Source of the DNA: a virus | Lineage: Duplodnaviria > Caudoviricetes | Direction: 5' to 3' (one strand) | Virus record (IMG/VR): IMGVR_UViG_3300037484_000435 | Coordinates: 32,001 to 96,000 of that record | Length of the DNA: 64,000 bases | Shown here: in pieces, positions 1-11,244 of the stretch | Layout: each line of letters opens with the position of its first letter | How positions within the stretch are numbered: the first letter of the stretch is position 1 | Translations under genes and position numbers: made by a program | Notes under the pieces: model-generated | What the model was told of the DNA's origin: nothing | Seen by the model: only the letters and a program-made list of their open reading frames with translations | Databases searched by the model: none

Positions 1-10
1 TTACCGAGGT

Positions 11-1840
11 GTGAAAGTAATTGCTGACTTGAGGGCTGTTCCTAAGTCAACTTGGTACTTAATAACTAAAATGGATGAGTCTGAAGTTCTAAGGGAAGTA
101 TACTACCACGGAATTGTTATCTTACTTTTTGCTTCTTTGTTTATCTTGTTAGCCACGTCAGTGGTAGGCTTTGTTTATAGAGGCCAACGTGTTCACGTAT
201 ATTTAAAACTATACCAAGCAGAGCAAGATAAACGGGAGGCTGAAGAAACATCCAAAGCAATTCTATACAGCATAGGGGATGGAGTAATCACTACAAACAC
301 CGAAGGACTAATTGTTCAAATGAACCCTGTGGCTGAGCATCTTACAGGTTGGACCGAACAAGAAGCCATAAGTAAACCCCTCAAAGAAGTGTTTGTCATA
401 ATAGACCAGCAGACTAGACAATCTTGCATGAATCCTGTTCAGAAAGTTATAGAAAGCGGGCGGGTTGAGGGCCTCGCTAACTGCACCTTGTTGATAAGTC
501 GTGATGGGACTGAGCGTATTCTAGCAGATAGCGGGGCCCCTATTTGGAACGACAATGGTGATATGTCAGGAGTAGTTCTAGTATTTAGAGATGTTTCTGA
601 GAAGTCGAAAATTGAGGAGAAGTTTAGGAGTTCGGAAATTAGATACAGAAGGCTATTCGAGTGCGCGCAAGACGGGATCCTCATACTTGATTTTGATGAC
701 GGAAAAATAATAGATGCAAACCCGTATCTAATAAAGATGCTGGGCTACTCCCATGAAGATTTCCTAGAAAAGTTTCTTTGGGAGGTCAGCCCATTCAAGG
801 ACACCACACTGAACAAGGACGCTTTCTCAGAATTACAACAAAAGGGTTACGTCCGCTATGAAGATTTGCCGCTTGAAACCGGCGACGGGCGGTCCATAGA
901 GGTGGAATTTGTTAGTAATTCTTACACAGTAAAGGGTGCCAGTTATATACAATGTAATATTCGGGACATAAGCGACCGCAAATTCGCGGAGCAGGCGTTA
1001 GCTGAAAGTAAAGACCAACAGAGCAAACAACAACTCGTTATACAAAAAACAGAAGATCGTATAAAGACACTAGAAATAGCCAAGACAAAAGACTTACTAG
1101 AATCATCCCGTCTTCTGAATTCTGGTATAGCCCACGAATTACGCTCACCTATGCAAGCTCTTCTAAATTGCTTTGAGTTAATCAAGGAAGAAACTTGTGT
1201 TGAATGCCCCGTAATTAATTGTGAAAAAAGACAGGAGTGTTTAGATAAAGCACAAAACATTATAGACTATGTAACAGACGGCATAGAACGATCAGAATAC
1301 TCTATTAAAGTATTAAATTCTTTAGCAGAGTACTCAAAAACCGCGAGTAATAGCGATCTGCACTCAATAGATGTAGTAGCTGAACTCAAAACAATTATGA
1401 AAGCCCTTATGTTTACAAATCAATTCAAGGGCTTGAGTGAGGAAGAGTTTTCTTTGGAATCCACAATAGGATGCAGAATTCTAATAAATAGGATTGATTT
1501 CACTCAACTGATAAGCAATTTATGCCGAAACTCATTGGAAGCTATTACGCCAAAGGAACCGCGTATAAAAATTGCAGTATACTTAGAATCCCCCAACATA
1601 AAGATTATAGTAACTGACAATGGGAAAGGAATAGACAAAACCTTGGGCGATAAGATATTTGAACCCTACTTTTCAACAAAAGAAAACCCAGAAGAATTTA
1701 ATCAGGGTTTGGGCTTGGCTATGGTTAGGGATATAACCTCCGCTTACGGCGGGAGTGTCAGGTATACAAGCGAACCGGGCCATACTGAGTTCACAGTTAC
1801 GTTCCCCTGTAGTTACGCGGAGACAATGAAATGTGTATAG
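11..1840 (+). CDS. PAS-domain sensor histidine kinase (possibly N-terminally truncated by the window edge)
   Basis: TM helix, two PAS/PAC domains, H-box GIAHELRSP, N-box NLCRNS, G1 DNGKG, F-box FEPYFSTK, G2 GLGLA. Confidence 0.92.
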   Translation: MKVIADLRAVPKSTWYLITKMDESEVLREVYYHGIVILLFASLFILLATSVVGFVYRGQRVHVYLKLYQAEQDKREAEETSKAILYSIGDGVITTNTEGLIVQMNPVAEHLTGWTEQEAISKPLKEVFVIIDQQTRQSCMNPVQKVIESGRVEGLANCTLLISRDGTERILADSGAPIWNDNGDMSGVVLVFRDVSEKSKIEEKFRSSEIRYRRLFECAQDGILILDFDDGKIIDANPYLIKMLGYSHEDFLEKFLWEVSPFKDTTLNKDAFSELQQKGYVRYEDLPLETGDGRSIEVEFVSNSYTVKGASYIQCNIRDISDRKFAEQALAESKDQQSKQQLVIQKTEDRIKTLEIAKTKDLLESSRLLNSGIAHELRSPMQALLNCFELIKEETCVECPVINCEKRQECLDKAQNIIDYVTDGIERSEYSIKVLNSLAEYSKTASNSDLHSIDVVAELKTIMKALMFTNQFKGLSEEEFSLESTIGCRILINRIDFTQLISNLCRNSLEAITPKEPRIKIAVYLESPNIKIIVTDNGKGIDKTLGDKIFEPYFSTKENPEEFNQGLGLAMVRDITSAYGGSVRYTSEPGHTEFTVTFPCSYAETMKCV

Positions 1841-2086
1841 ATATATGTGACGAGAATTGGAAAGAGCATGCTAGGAAAGGCTTCGAAGATGCTGACAATA
1901 ACTTTAGAGACTTGCGTTATGGCAACAGAGAACCAGACCCAGAAAACGAAACGGATAATGAAATGTATTGGAGAGGAAGACGGGATGGCTTTGGTAGTTT
2001 CATTTTTAAGAAAATCAAACCATCTAAGAAGTTTGCTCACACCAATACAGAAATAACATATCACCACCGAGAAGATTAACATTTTA

Positions 2087-2608
2087 GTGGTAAGCCTCGC
2101 GGGAGGGGAAACAATAACACGCGTGCCGAGGGTTCGAGCCCTTCCTTACCACTATTTAAAGAAAGACACACCAATGAAACTACTATTACTCGTCGCTATG
2201 ATGATTACTTTCACTGTAAGCTATGCAGGTGCCGATGAGATAGACGTGCTTGAACAGGCACTCAACTCCTATATAAATTATTGGTGTAAAAGAGACCCAG
2301 GAACACAAGGTTTTCCTAACGCCGAGAACTTCAAAAACATTACGCAAGCCAAGCTTAACATTGAATTGCTCAAGAAGGAACGAAAGGAGCCCCCTCTTGC
2401 TTCCGTGCCCACCCCCTCCTTGCCTTTTCTAGCTCCTCAATATAAGCTAGACATTAAACCAGAAGCAGAGTCCTTTGAGCTCATACCTATCATCTCTCCA
2501 GAAGTAGCCCGAGCTAAAGAAAAAGCTGAGGAGGAGAAGCTCTTACGTAAAAGATTGGAGTGGAAGGATTGGGAGAAAAAGAGAGATACTCTTTGGAGGA
2601 CAAGGTAA
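2087..2608 (+). CDS. hypothetical protein, probable signal peptide
   Basis: ORF track; hydrophobic MKLLLLVAMMITFTVSYAG suggests a later internal start. Confidence 0.5.
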   Translation: MVSLAGGETITRVPRVRALPYHYLKKDTPMKLLLLVAMMITFTVSYAGADEIDVLEQALNSYINYWCKRDPGTQGFPNAENFKNITQAKLNIELLKKERKEPPLASVPTPSLPFLAPQYKLDIKPEAESFELIPIISPEVARAKEKAEEEKLLRKRLEWKDWEKKRDTLWRTR

Positions 2609-2611
2609 ATC

Positions 2612-3460
2612 ATGATATTCGTTTTCTTTCGAATGATTCTGGCCCGTCGAAAACTGCGTATCACCCTTATAGGTGTGTTGTCATTGATAGTTGTGTTAAG
2701 TGTCTCTACACTAGGTTTTAACTACTTAGAGTCGGAACAGAACTTGTCACTGATGGATAGTCTTTGGCTCAGTGTAGTTACAATGACCACCGTAGGTTAC
2801 GGCGACGTCTCTCCTAAAACGCCCGCGGGCAAAATCTTTGCTATGACCTTTACTATGTTCTGTGGGATTGGAGTCATGGCTTATCTGGTGTCACTATTGG
2901 CTACAGCAGTAATAGAAAGAGAGGCAAAACTTGTGAGCGGGGAACTAGAGCTGGATTGTAAAAACCATATTCTAATAGTCAACATGCCTAACGAGCAGAT
3001 GGTACATGCTATCTTGGACGAGTTACGTAAAGATAATAACTCGCACAGCGTACCTATAGTTTTGATAGCGGACAGTGTAGACAAATGTCCTGCTCTTCTT
3101 CTGAATAGAAAGAACTTCTACTTCATCAAAGGGAACCCCACGTGGAGGGCCACCTTACAGAGGGCTAACGCGTCGGAAGCCTTACAAGCAGTCATATTAC
3201 CGAAGGACCCGAAAGACCCCACATCAGATGGGCTAACAACGCAGACGGCGATCATATTGAAAAGTATGCATGATAAGGCAGAAAGCCTTTTCTATATGGT
3301 TGCCGAAGTTATTTCTCAAGATTCGGTGGAACCGTTAGAACTAGTCGGTTGTCACAATGTAGTATGCTTACAGAAAGTAATCCCTACCAAGTTAGCAGGA
3401 ATCTTGAAAGACAGAATCACTGAAGATGCAGAAAAATTTACAGGCTTCAAATGTGATTAA
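2612..3460 (+). CDS. potassium channel (two-TM pore plus RCK/TrkA-N domain)
   Basis: K+ filter TMTTVGYGD between two TM helices; C-terminal RCK-like domain (FIKGNPT...LQRANA). Confidence 0.9.
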   Translation: MIFVFFRMILARRKLRITLIGVLSLIVVLSVSTLGFNYLESEQNLSLMDSLWLSVVTMTTVGYGDVSPKTPAGKIFAMTFTMFCGIGVMAYLVSLLATAVIEREAKLVSGELELDCKNHILIVNMPNEQMVHAILDELRKDNNSHSVPIVLIADSVDKCPALLLNRKNFYFIKGNPTWRATLQRANASEALQAVILPKDPKDPTSDGLTTQTAIILKSMHDKAESLFYMVAEVISQDSVEPLELVGCHNVVCLQKVIPTKLAGILKDRITEDAEKFTGFKCD

Positions 3461-3718
3461 AGGAATGTTACATGCCAGAAACACCCAAAATGAATTGGAA
3501 GACGATTAAATGGGAGGACGAGTATCGTTCCTCGTTCTTTGACTTAAAGTTCTGGCTGAAACGTATACACCCTTCGTTGTGGCTGTTACGCGTAAAACAT
3601 CCAGAAGATAAGGGCTGGCGTACAGTTGGAACAGTAGGTCGCATATGTGGGAACTATGAGCTAATGCGGAACGCCAAGCAATACGCTTGGAACTACCACA
3701 AAAGTAGGAGGAGTGTAG

Positions 3719-4000
3719 ATGCCTGACCTTGCACAAGTGATATGGTTTACTATGGACGAGGACGTATTGTGGGATTCCTTTATGGAAAAAGTAAATCAGG
3801 GAAGCCTTATCAACATTGTCGACTTGGCACACGAACTGACTGGTGATTCTAAATCACAGTGCAGGCGTCTAATTAAGGATGGTGCATTCAAATGGAACGG
3901 AGTCAAGTTACAAGATGAACAAACGTGGGTAGATATTAAGTCAGGGCAGTTCTACCGCATCGACCTAAAAGAATTATCTAAACTGGCGGAGCAAAAATGA
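3719..4000 (+). CDS. S4-like RNA-binding domain protein
   Basis: SKSQCRRLIKDGAFKWNGVKL resembles the S4 motif of the TyrRS C-terminus. Confidence 0.6.
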   Translation: MPDLAQVIWFTMDEDVLWDSFMEKVNQGSLINIVDLAHELTGDSKSQCRRLIKDGAFKWNGVKLQDEQTWVDIKSGQFYRIDLKELSKLAEQK

Positions 4001-4852
4001 TTAGACCGAAGACGTTGAAAGAAACCAAGATACGTAGTACGCATTCTATAGGGCTCGTCCAGATAGGAAGAATATATGCGGTAGCTGACTGGCAAGTAGA
4101 CGGTTCGGGTTACTACTACTTTGACGAGCATGAGTTAGCCGAAGCCGAAGAGTTGTTTGCTGAGATGTCAGCTTACGAGTTGGAAACCAACCAACTATTT
4201 GATGAGGAGGACCAAGAGCTGCACTCAATCGATGAAGTGTCTGGTTCCCCTGCAATGACTAGAGCTATAACGAAACTCCGCAAAAAGTATCAGCGAAAGC
4301 ACATGGCTCTGCACGACAAGTATGTGGGGCTATTCCAAAAGTTGTATGAAAAGGAAAGTTAATGGCAGAATGGTTTCAAGAATTATTGTGTCCCTATTGT
4401 GACCGGAATCAAGATGCTGACTACTGGGAACCAGAAAAGATGATTTTACATCGGTGTGAACATTGTGGGCGTAAGTTTGTTGTACACACGCTGGCCACAA
4501 TCGTATTCAGCACAGAGAAGTTTGATTCTGGGGAAGAGGAAGAGGAAGATGAATGAGCAAAGCTGGGTAACAAACGGTCATAAATTCGTGCTAAGTAATG
4601 ACTACCCAGATATTGAACCAACCTTGATAATATATAGCGAGGTAATCCCAGTATATATGGCATTCACTTATAATGGCCCGCCAGCAACGTTTGAACAGAT
4701 ACAAGCTGGACTTATGTTCTACGGGTGGGAAAAGTGCCAAGAAGATTGGAGACAAGAGGAATACGGGATACCAGCATAACGGGGGTTGTCTTTCGAATTA
4801 ACTTACTTGCTGTTTACAATAGAATACTTTCGAAACTGGAGGTTCGTTGTAG

Positions 4853-5554
4853 ATGGAAGCAAGCCCAAGGCTAATTGAGGCTAATCAAAGGATTGGGAGA
4901 GAGTTAAGGCAGAGGTCCTTAGATAAATACTATGCAGACCCGAATTATTGTTTGAATTGTGGTGAGGTTATCCAAGTAAAGGATAACGAGGTCCCTGCAG
5001 CTACACGATCAAGGAAATTTTGTAGTAGGTCATGTGCGGCACATTGCAACAATCATCTTTACCCCAAGAGAAAAGCTGGCGTGCTTGTAGTCGACTCACA
5101 AGAGGGGACCGTCAGTCGTGTCTGCCGTAAGTGTGGAATCGTATTTGAGGTAGGTCGTTACTCAAGTGGAAAACCTAAGTGGAGGAAACATTGTGACACC
5201 TGTGTCTCAAAAACACGTTCTGAGAAATCACGAGAAATTTGTGAACGAAACGGAACATCTTTACCAAAGCCTGTTGGGGATATGACTAAGAAGGAATTGA
5301 GAGAACATTATGCTTGGCATTTGCATTACAAAACTACGATAGGTAAACACGCAAAGAAAGTTTTTCTTCTAAGCGGACAGGAGAAGGTTTGTAAGAACTG
5401 TGGATTCATTCACGGGGTTCAAATTTGTCACATCAAAGGTATAGCAACTTTTGCAGATGAGTCTTTGGTTTCTGAGATAAATGATGCCTCAAATCTCACC
5501 CCCTTATGCCCAAATTGTCATTGGCTTTTTGACCATGACCTTCTAAAACTTTGA
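4853..5554 (+). CDS. HNH homing endonuclease (family copy 1)
   Basis: N-terminal YC.NCG..I...KFCSRSC zinc motif; C-terminal C..CG...ICHIK...EIN...NL..LCPNCHW.FD. Confidence 0.8.
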   Translation: MEASPRLIEANQRIGRELRQRSLDKYYADPNYCLNCGEVIQVKDNEVPAATRSRKFCSRSCAAHCNNHLYPKRKAGVLVVDSQEGTVSRVCRKCGIVFEVGRYSSGKPKWRKHCDTCVSKTRSEKSREICERNGTSLPKPVGDMTKKELREHYAWHLHYKTTIGKHAKKVFLLSGQEKVCKNCGFIHGVQICHIKGIATFADESLVSEINDASNLTPLCPNCHWLFDHDLLKL

Positions 5555-5564
5555 TAATAGCAGG

Positions 5565-5651
5565 GCGGTAGTAGCTCAGTCAGGCAGAGCACGACTCTTC
5601 CAAAGTCGAGGCGAATAGTTCACGCAGGTTCAAATCCTGTCTACCGCTCCA
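5565..5651 (+). tRNA. tRNA-Gly(TCC) with atypical 15-nt variable arm
   Basis: GCGGTAG/CTACCGC acceptor, U73, CCA; anticodon arm CGACT-CTTCCAA-AGTCG; T-arm GCAGG-TTCAAAT-CCTGT. Confidence 0.88.
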
Positions 5652-5917
5652 CACCCCATTTAACATGGAGAACCAAATGGAATGTACCATCACTCTTGAT
5701 GTGGATTTCTTTCATTATGCGGGGGATACTCCGTCTCCTGAAGATGTGGCTGGGGTAATTTGTCACCTTATCAACACCTATCCAAACTTCGCAGGGTATG
5801 ATGGAATAAAAATAGAAAAGGTGGAACCAACCAACTCTGAGTTTATTCCTGAAAGTAAATAACTATGGAGGTACCCTGTACAGTTAAGGTTATGTACTCG
5901 GGGGACCTTGTAAGGTT

Positions 5918-7114
5918 ATGGATAAATGTAGTGCTGTAAACAATAAACCCACAATGATATCTGAGCAGGCGACAGAGACGATTGACCTAAGCCAACTTAT
6001 TGGTGAGGGTATGACTGAATCTGGCAGTTTTGCTGTCTTGGGGCAAAGCTCTAAGATTATTAGTAATATTTTTGACGCCCTCCCTATCCCCATCTTGTGC
6101 ATTAACAAGGATTTTGTGGTACAATTTGCTAATAAATCCTGTGCAAAAATAACATTGGATTTTCAAAGTATCGTAGGGAAATCAATCCTAAACATTCTGC
6201 CAAGAGAAAAAGATGTTCGTTTGATTAAGTCTTCAGTAGAAGCGACTTTTGCAACCCGACAGTCACAAAAGGCTGATGGGGCAATACAAATGGACTCTGG
6301 ATATATGTGGGGCAGGTTTCATTTTAGGTCTTTGAGGGTCTTAGGTGTGCAATTAGTGCTGGTACAAATCGAAGACTTAACTTACGAGAAGAAGCAAATA
6401 GTGCTAAGAGTAAAACACCACAAAGAACTCCAAAAAAGTATAGGTGAGGTTAAACAAGAACTCAAACAACGCCACCAAGTCGAACGAGCATTGAAGGACA
6501 GCCTAGCCAAGTTTAAAACAACTCTAGATGGTGTCCTTAAGTCATTAGCGACACTAGTCGAACGAAAAGACCCTTACACGGCGGGGCACCAATTACGAGT
6601 AGCTCGGCTCTCAACAGCAATAGCTAAGCAAATGGGACTACCTGCGGACCAGATTCGCGGGATTAACATAGCTGCTTCTATGCATGATATTGGTAAGGTG
6701 TGTGTACCAGCAGAGCTGTTGAGCAAACCGGGCCGTTTGAATGAGCACGAATATGGTATTATAAGAGCTCACCCCGAGATAGGTTACGACATACTAAAGG
6801 GTGTAGAATTCCCATGGCCCTTTGCAGATATTGCCTTACAACACCACGAGAGAATGAATGGAAGTGGCTACCCACGAGGACTTAAAGGGGATGCTATTCG
6901 TATAGAGTCACGGATAGTTGCTGTTGCTGATGTCGTAGAAGCTATGCTATCACACAGGCCTTACCGACCTAAACTTCCGCTTAAGGAAGCCATTAAAGAA
7001 CTTCAAGATAACAGGGGAACCCTTTACGACAGCGACGTAGTAGACGCATGTTTAATAGTGTTGCGTAGACTTTCTGATTGGGTTCAACAAAAGAAAAACA
7101 AAAAAGAGATATAG
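5918..7114 (+). CDS. PAS plus HD-GYP cyclic-di-GMP phosphodiesterase
   Basis: KDPYTAGHQ, MHDIGK, HHERMNGSGYP, ADVVEAM..HRPYR. Confidence 0.92.
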   Translation: MDKCSAVNNKPTMISEQATETIDLSQLIGEGMTESGSFAVLGQSSKIISNIFDALPIPILCINKDFVVQFANKSCAKITLDFQSIVGKSILNILPREKDVRLIKSSVEATFATRQSQKADGAIQMDSGYMWGRFHFRSLRVLGVQLVLVQIEDLTYEKKQIVLRVKHHKELQKSIGEVKQELKQRHQVERALKDSLAKFKTTLDGVLKSLATLVERKDPYTAGHQLRVARLSTAIAKQMGLPADQIRGINIAASMHDIGKVCVPAELLSKPGRLNEHEYGIIRAHPEIGYDILKGVEFPWPFADIALQHHERMNGSGYPRGLKGDAIRIESRIVAVADVVEAMLSHRPYRPKLPLKEAIKELQDNRGTLYDSDVVDACLIVLRRLSDWVQQKKNKKEI

Positions 7115-7449
7115 GTGTCTAAACACTGCATGAGAGGAGAGTATGAAACACAAACTTACAGATAGGTCTGGTATAGCGTGCGACTTCCTATTTTATAGCT
7201 GTCCAGAGATGTTAGGGTCACGTGACTTCTCAATGGGATTTACTATAGGAGCACTCTACAAGGATATGTGTGCGGAACAACAGGATATTGTGGAAATTAT
7301 TACGGACGCTCGGGAAAAGGAGATCGCGATAGAACTGGGAAAGCGTCTGGACTACTTTATCATAGAGGATGTGGATGTAGGTGCGGGATGTTCTCGCCTA
7401 CGCTTCCGGTTGGGTAAAAGTCACAAACATTTGAATATTGTTAAATGAT

Positions 7450-7527
7450 GCGGGCATAGCTCAGTCAGGCTAGAGCGTCTGCTTGCCAAGCAGAAGGTCG
7501 CGGGTTCAAATCCCGCTGTCCGCTCCA
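7450..7527 (+). tRNA. tRNA-Gly(GCC)
   Basis: cloverleaf; TCTGC-TTGCCAA-GCAGA; U73-CCA. Confidence 0.95.
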
Positions 7528-7810
7528 AGAAAGAAAAAATGGAATTATCACCAGAAGCAAAGATAGCAATAGATTTTTGTAGAAGAGCTCCTGCTATACT
7601 TATCCACCCAATAACAGCTGGAATAGCCATAAGCTTAGGCAAGAGTGTTTGTTACAAACCCAAGTGGTGGGACCCAACTCCTCATCTAGTATGTTCCCCA
7701 AGGAGTTTCAAAGAATTACAACAGGCGGGCTTACTTATATGTATCCCTGAGAGATACGCAACACATGCGGAACAAGTTTACACAGTAAATGGAAAGTAGA
7801 AGGGACGGTA

Positions 7811-8077
7811 ATGGAATTAATTCCTTCCTTAATTTTTGTATTAATCGCGGCAACAATCTTGTGGTTTGTTAAACCTTTTTTCATCGCTACTGCTGCGGTC
7901 TCGGTGTTGTTTCTACTAATTGGCTTGGGTACGTGGTGGCGGTTACCATATGAAAGTCACCCAATGATACTGGGAGTTCTAGTATCTATTCCGGCCTTCT
8001 TTATTGGATTCCTATTCCTGCTTGTATTTGCGATTACCATTTTCACAACAGGAGTAGTCGTGGTCACCATCCCATGA
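7811..8077 (+). CDS. small membrane protein
   Basis: almost entirely hydrophobic ORF. Confidence 0.5.
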   Translation: MELIPSLIFVLIAATILWFVKPFFIATAAVSVLFLLIGLGTWWRLPYESHPMILGVLVSIPAFFIGFLFLLVFAITIFTTGVVVVTIP

Positions 8078-8087
8078 AGGAAAAACA

Positions 8088-8339
8088 ATGCCAATAGTAG
8101 CATTTTATCTTTTGATAGCCTTGGTTCCCGTTCTCCTTGTTAAAACAACGATTGTGGGAATAGCGATTTCAGGTTTAGTCTACCTATTGTTTGGAATCTT
8201 ATTTGCCCTAACAATTCCTACAGATGCCACATTCACTATCTATGTAACTTGGCCCTTCCTTATCTTAGGTGGTGGATTTATTTTAGGTGCGATAGGGGCG
8301 GGGCTTTACACTGGAATAATTACAATCACATTACCCTAG
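8088..8339 (+). CDS. small membrane protein
   Basis: hydrophobic ORF similar in size and character to the upstream neighbour. Confidence 0.5.
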   Translation: MPIVAFYLLIALVPVLLVKTTIVGIAISGLVYLLFGILFALTIPTDATFTIYVTWPFLILGGGFILGAIGAGLYTGIITITLP

Positions 8340-8347
8340 AGATGTTA

Positions 8348-8794
8348 ATGCCACATAGAACAGCAATATCAAGAAAAAAACCATCATTACCCGCAAGATT
8401 ATTAAGTGAAATGGGTCTACTAAAGGGCCGCGTTTTGGATTATGGGTGTGGTCGCGGGAAGGATGCTGAATACTTTGGGTTAGAGAAATGGGACCCACAC
8501 TTTAGTCCTGAAAGACCTAAAGGGCGGTTCGACACAGTGATGTGTAACTACGTATTATGTGTCACACCCTTTGAGGAAGAAGCAAACATCCTGCAAGACA
8601 TACAGCGTTATTTAACCCCAGAAGGTACAGCATATATAAGCATACGTAATGATATTAGCCAGTCCAGTATAACTAAAATAGGCACTATCAGACGTTGTGT
8701 TAATCTCTGTTACCTGCCTAGTTTATGTTACAAGCCGTCTTTCGCGATACACTGGATGCAGAGAGGCTACAAGGTCTACTGTGGGACAAGTTGA
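8348..8794 (+). CDS. class I SAM-dependent methyltransferase-like protein
   Basis: motif I VLDYGCGRGKD, FDTVMCNYVLCV; start moved to ATG 8348 (inferred). Confidence 0.7.
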   Translation: MPHRTAISRKKPSLPARLLSEMGLLKGRVLDYGCGRGKDAEYFGLEKWDPHFSPERPKGRFDTVMCNYVLCVTPFEEEANILQDIQRYLTPEGTAYISIRNDISQSSITKIGTIRRCVNLCYLPSLCYKPSFAIHWMQRGYKVYCGTS

Positions 8795-9128
8795 CCACGA
8801 AAGGTCACCGTATGTTCGACCATAAATTTATAATCAAATTCGCTTGGCTTAAACTATACCAACGTTATATGAAGGGCTTCCAAACACCAGAGGAGATGCT
8901 AGATATTTGGGAAAAAATAGTTTGGAATTCCCGACTACATCCCTATTATGCGGACACTTCCTATCTACGAGAACGCATACTCAGAGTTTTGAGGTCTCGT
9001 AAAACTTTTGACTTAAACACAGACTGGCCTTACCTACCAGATGTACCATATGTCCCCACCTATCACGAAATCTGTAACATGATAGATAGTGGGATACTAA
9101 AAGAAAATGAAAAAGGAGTAGTAACATT

Positions 9129-9722
9129 ATGAAATCAGGTTATTGTCACATTCACACTATATTGGACCGCTCAGGGTCTATGCAGTCCATTCGGGATGAT
9201 GTTATCGGTGGGTTCAATACGTTCGTTGAGGACCAAAAGAAAGTGGCGGGGGAAGCCTCTATCACGCTGGTACAGTTTGATGAGCAAGACCCCTACGAAA
9301 TCATCTATGACTTCGCGAAACTGTCAGATGTTCGTCCCCTGACTGCTGAAACTTTTGTACCCCGAGGGTGGACACCCTTGTTGGATGCAATTGGTAGGGG
9401 TATCAATGATTGCGGCCAACGTCTCGCACAAATACCAGAGTCCGAGCGTCCCGAGAAGGTGATATTCTGCATCATCACTGACGGACAGGAAAACCGTAGC
9501 AAAGAATTCAAGAAAGAGCAGATTACCAAAATGGTCAAGGAACAAACTGACCAATGGAAGTGGGAATTTCTGTTCCTGAGTTGCGATCTGGCCGCTATTG
9601 ATGACGCTGTCTCTTATGGTATCGCTAAGGGTAACACTATGTCATTCCTGAAAACAAAGGACGGCACTCGTGCTGGTTACACCACACTGAGTAATATGGT
9701 GAAAACTTCAAGAACTTCTTAA
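9129..9722 (+). CDS. von Willebrand factor A (VWA) domain protein
   Basis: MIDAS motif ILDRSGSM, TPLLDAIG, IITDGQENRS. Confidence 0.85.
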   Translation: MKSGYCHIHTILDRSGSMQSIRDDVIGGFNTFVEDQKKVAGEASITLVQFDEQDPYEIIYDFAKLSDVRPLTAETFVPRGWTPLLDAIGRGINDCGQRLAQIPESERPEKVIFCIITDGQENRSKEFKKEQITKMVKEQTDQWKWEFLFLSCDLAAIDDAVSYGIAKGNTMSFLKTKDGTRAGYTTLSNMVKTSRTS

Positions 9723-10331
9723 TCGGAGACTCGTTTGACAAAAGAAAAAGATACAGCAGTAATCCCGAAAGGGATTTACTGCTACTCCCACACAGGGAAG
9801 ATGGTTAAAGTTTACCACCCGGAAATCGATCAAGTAGTTGAGGTTCCGGGATTAGTTTACTGTCCCTATTGGGCTAGTTGGCCCGACAAACCTGAACAGG
9901 AAAATGGTTATTGTCATTACCTAGAAGAAGGGGATTGGGAAGTAGAGGGGCTTGGCCTCTTGTGGGACCAAGTAAAAGCATGCGGAATAAATGACGAGTG
10001 TGATGAGGAGGAAGAATAATGGAAGGTGAAAGAACTCCTTGTGTTATATGTGCTTGGCGAGGAACTTGTAACAAGAAGTTTTCGATGAGTAGTAGCTCAA
10101 CAATACGTTGTCCTGAATATACGCGGGATGTCACACTGGTTGAAAAGAAAGAAAAAAAGACATGGGAGCAAGAAGCAATCGAAATCATAGACGCTTGGGC
10201 AAATGAACACGCTACGGGTAAACGTTGTCCAGAGGGGAATATGTTTACGATTTACGCCGCGGGGCGTACCTGTGTTGCTCTTGCCCGCGAAGCATTAAAA
10301 CGTGGGGTTACTCTACCAAAGGAGGAGTAGT

Positions 10332-10883
10332 ATGTCAAAAACCGAAGTAAGCAAACTCTTGGCTTATGTCCTCCGCCACAACCCCGCGGATATCGGCATT
10401 GAGCTCGACGTAGAGGGATGGACGGACGTGGATATACTCTTGGGTCAATTGTTCAAACGCAAGGGTGTACAGCTCTCTCGTTTCGCTTTAGAGGAGGTTG
10501 TCAACGAGGACAAGAAAGGGCGTTACACAATCCAAGGTAAACGCATCCGAGCTAACCAAGGACATAGTCTAAAAAACATAATGGCTATTGACTTAACTCC
10601 TACAACTCCTCCAGACATTCTGTATCATGGCACATTCTTGAAAGCGTGGCATGATATCAAGCGGACAGGCGGACTCAGCAAGATGAATAGGCATCACGTT
10701 CACTTGTCCGCAGACTTCCAGACGGCAGAGATAGTGGCCAAGAGGAGACGTAACCAAACTCCTTGGATTTTATCTATTAATGCCAAACAAATGGTGCAGG
10801 ATGGTTTCCATTTCTTTATTTCGGATAATGGTGTGTGGATGACCGATACGGTTCCTCTCAAATACCTCCGTGTGGTGTCATAA
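10332..10883 (+). CDS. kptA: RNA 2'-phosphotransferase (Tpt1/KptA family)
   Basis: SKLLAYVLRHNP, DVEGW, DKKGRY, IRANQGHS, LYHGT, RHHVHLS, SDNGVW; ATG 10332 follows GGAGG. Confidence 0.92.
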   Translation: MSKTEVSKLLAYVLRHNPADIGIELDVEGWTDVDILLGQLFKRKGVQLSRFALEEVVNEDKKGRYTIQGKRIRANQGHSLKNIMAIDLTPTTPPDILYHGTFLKAWHDIKRTGGLSKMNRHHVHLSADFQTAEIVAKRRRNQTPWILSINAKQMVQDGFHFFISDNGVWMTDTVPLKYLRVVS

Positions 10884-11244
10884 TGTGTGAATATTGCGGA
10901 GACAACGAGCACGATTGCAGTATGGTTAGACATTGTGATTGGTGCCAAAGTGAAGAACGTTGTGAGTTAATCCCTTTGATGGGCTACTCAGAATGGTTAT
11001 GTCGAAGATGTGCGGCGTATGCGTACAGAAGTGAGCAAGCAGTATGATATTTGAGAACAAACAGAAGCAATGCCCTACCGTAGGTCAGCTTTATGCATTT
11101 GCCAGCAGGCAGCTTATGGATTATCCAGAAGACACAGCAAAAGAGGTGGTGTGGCATGTGTACACATGCAAAACCTGCCAAGAGTATGTAAAAGACTTGC
11201 AGGAGAAGCTCCCCTCTTTACAACCTAAATAGGAGAAAACTACC

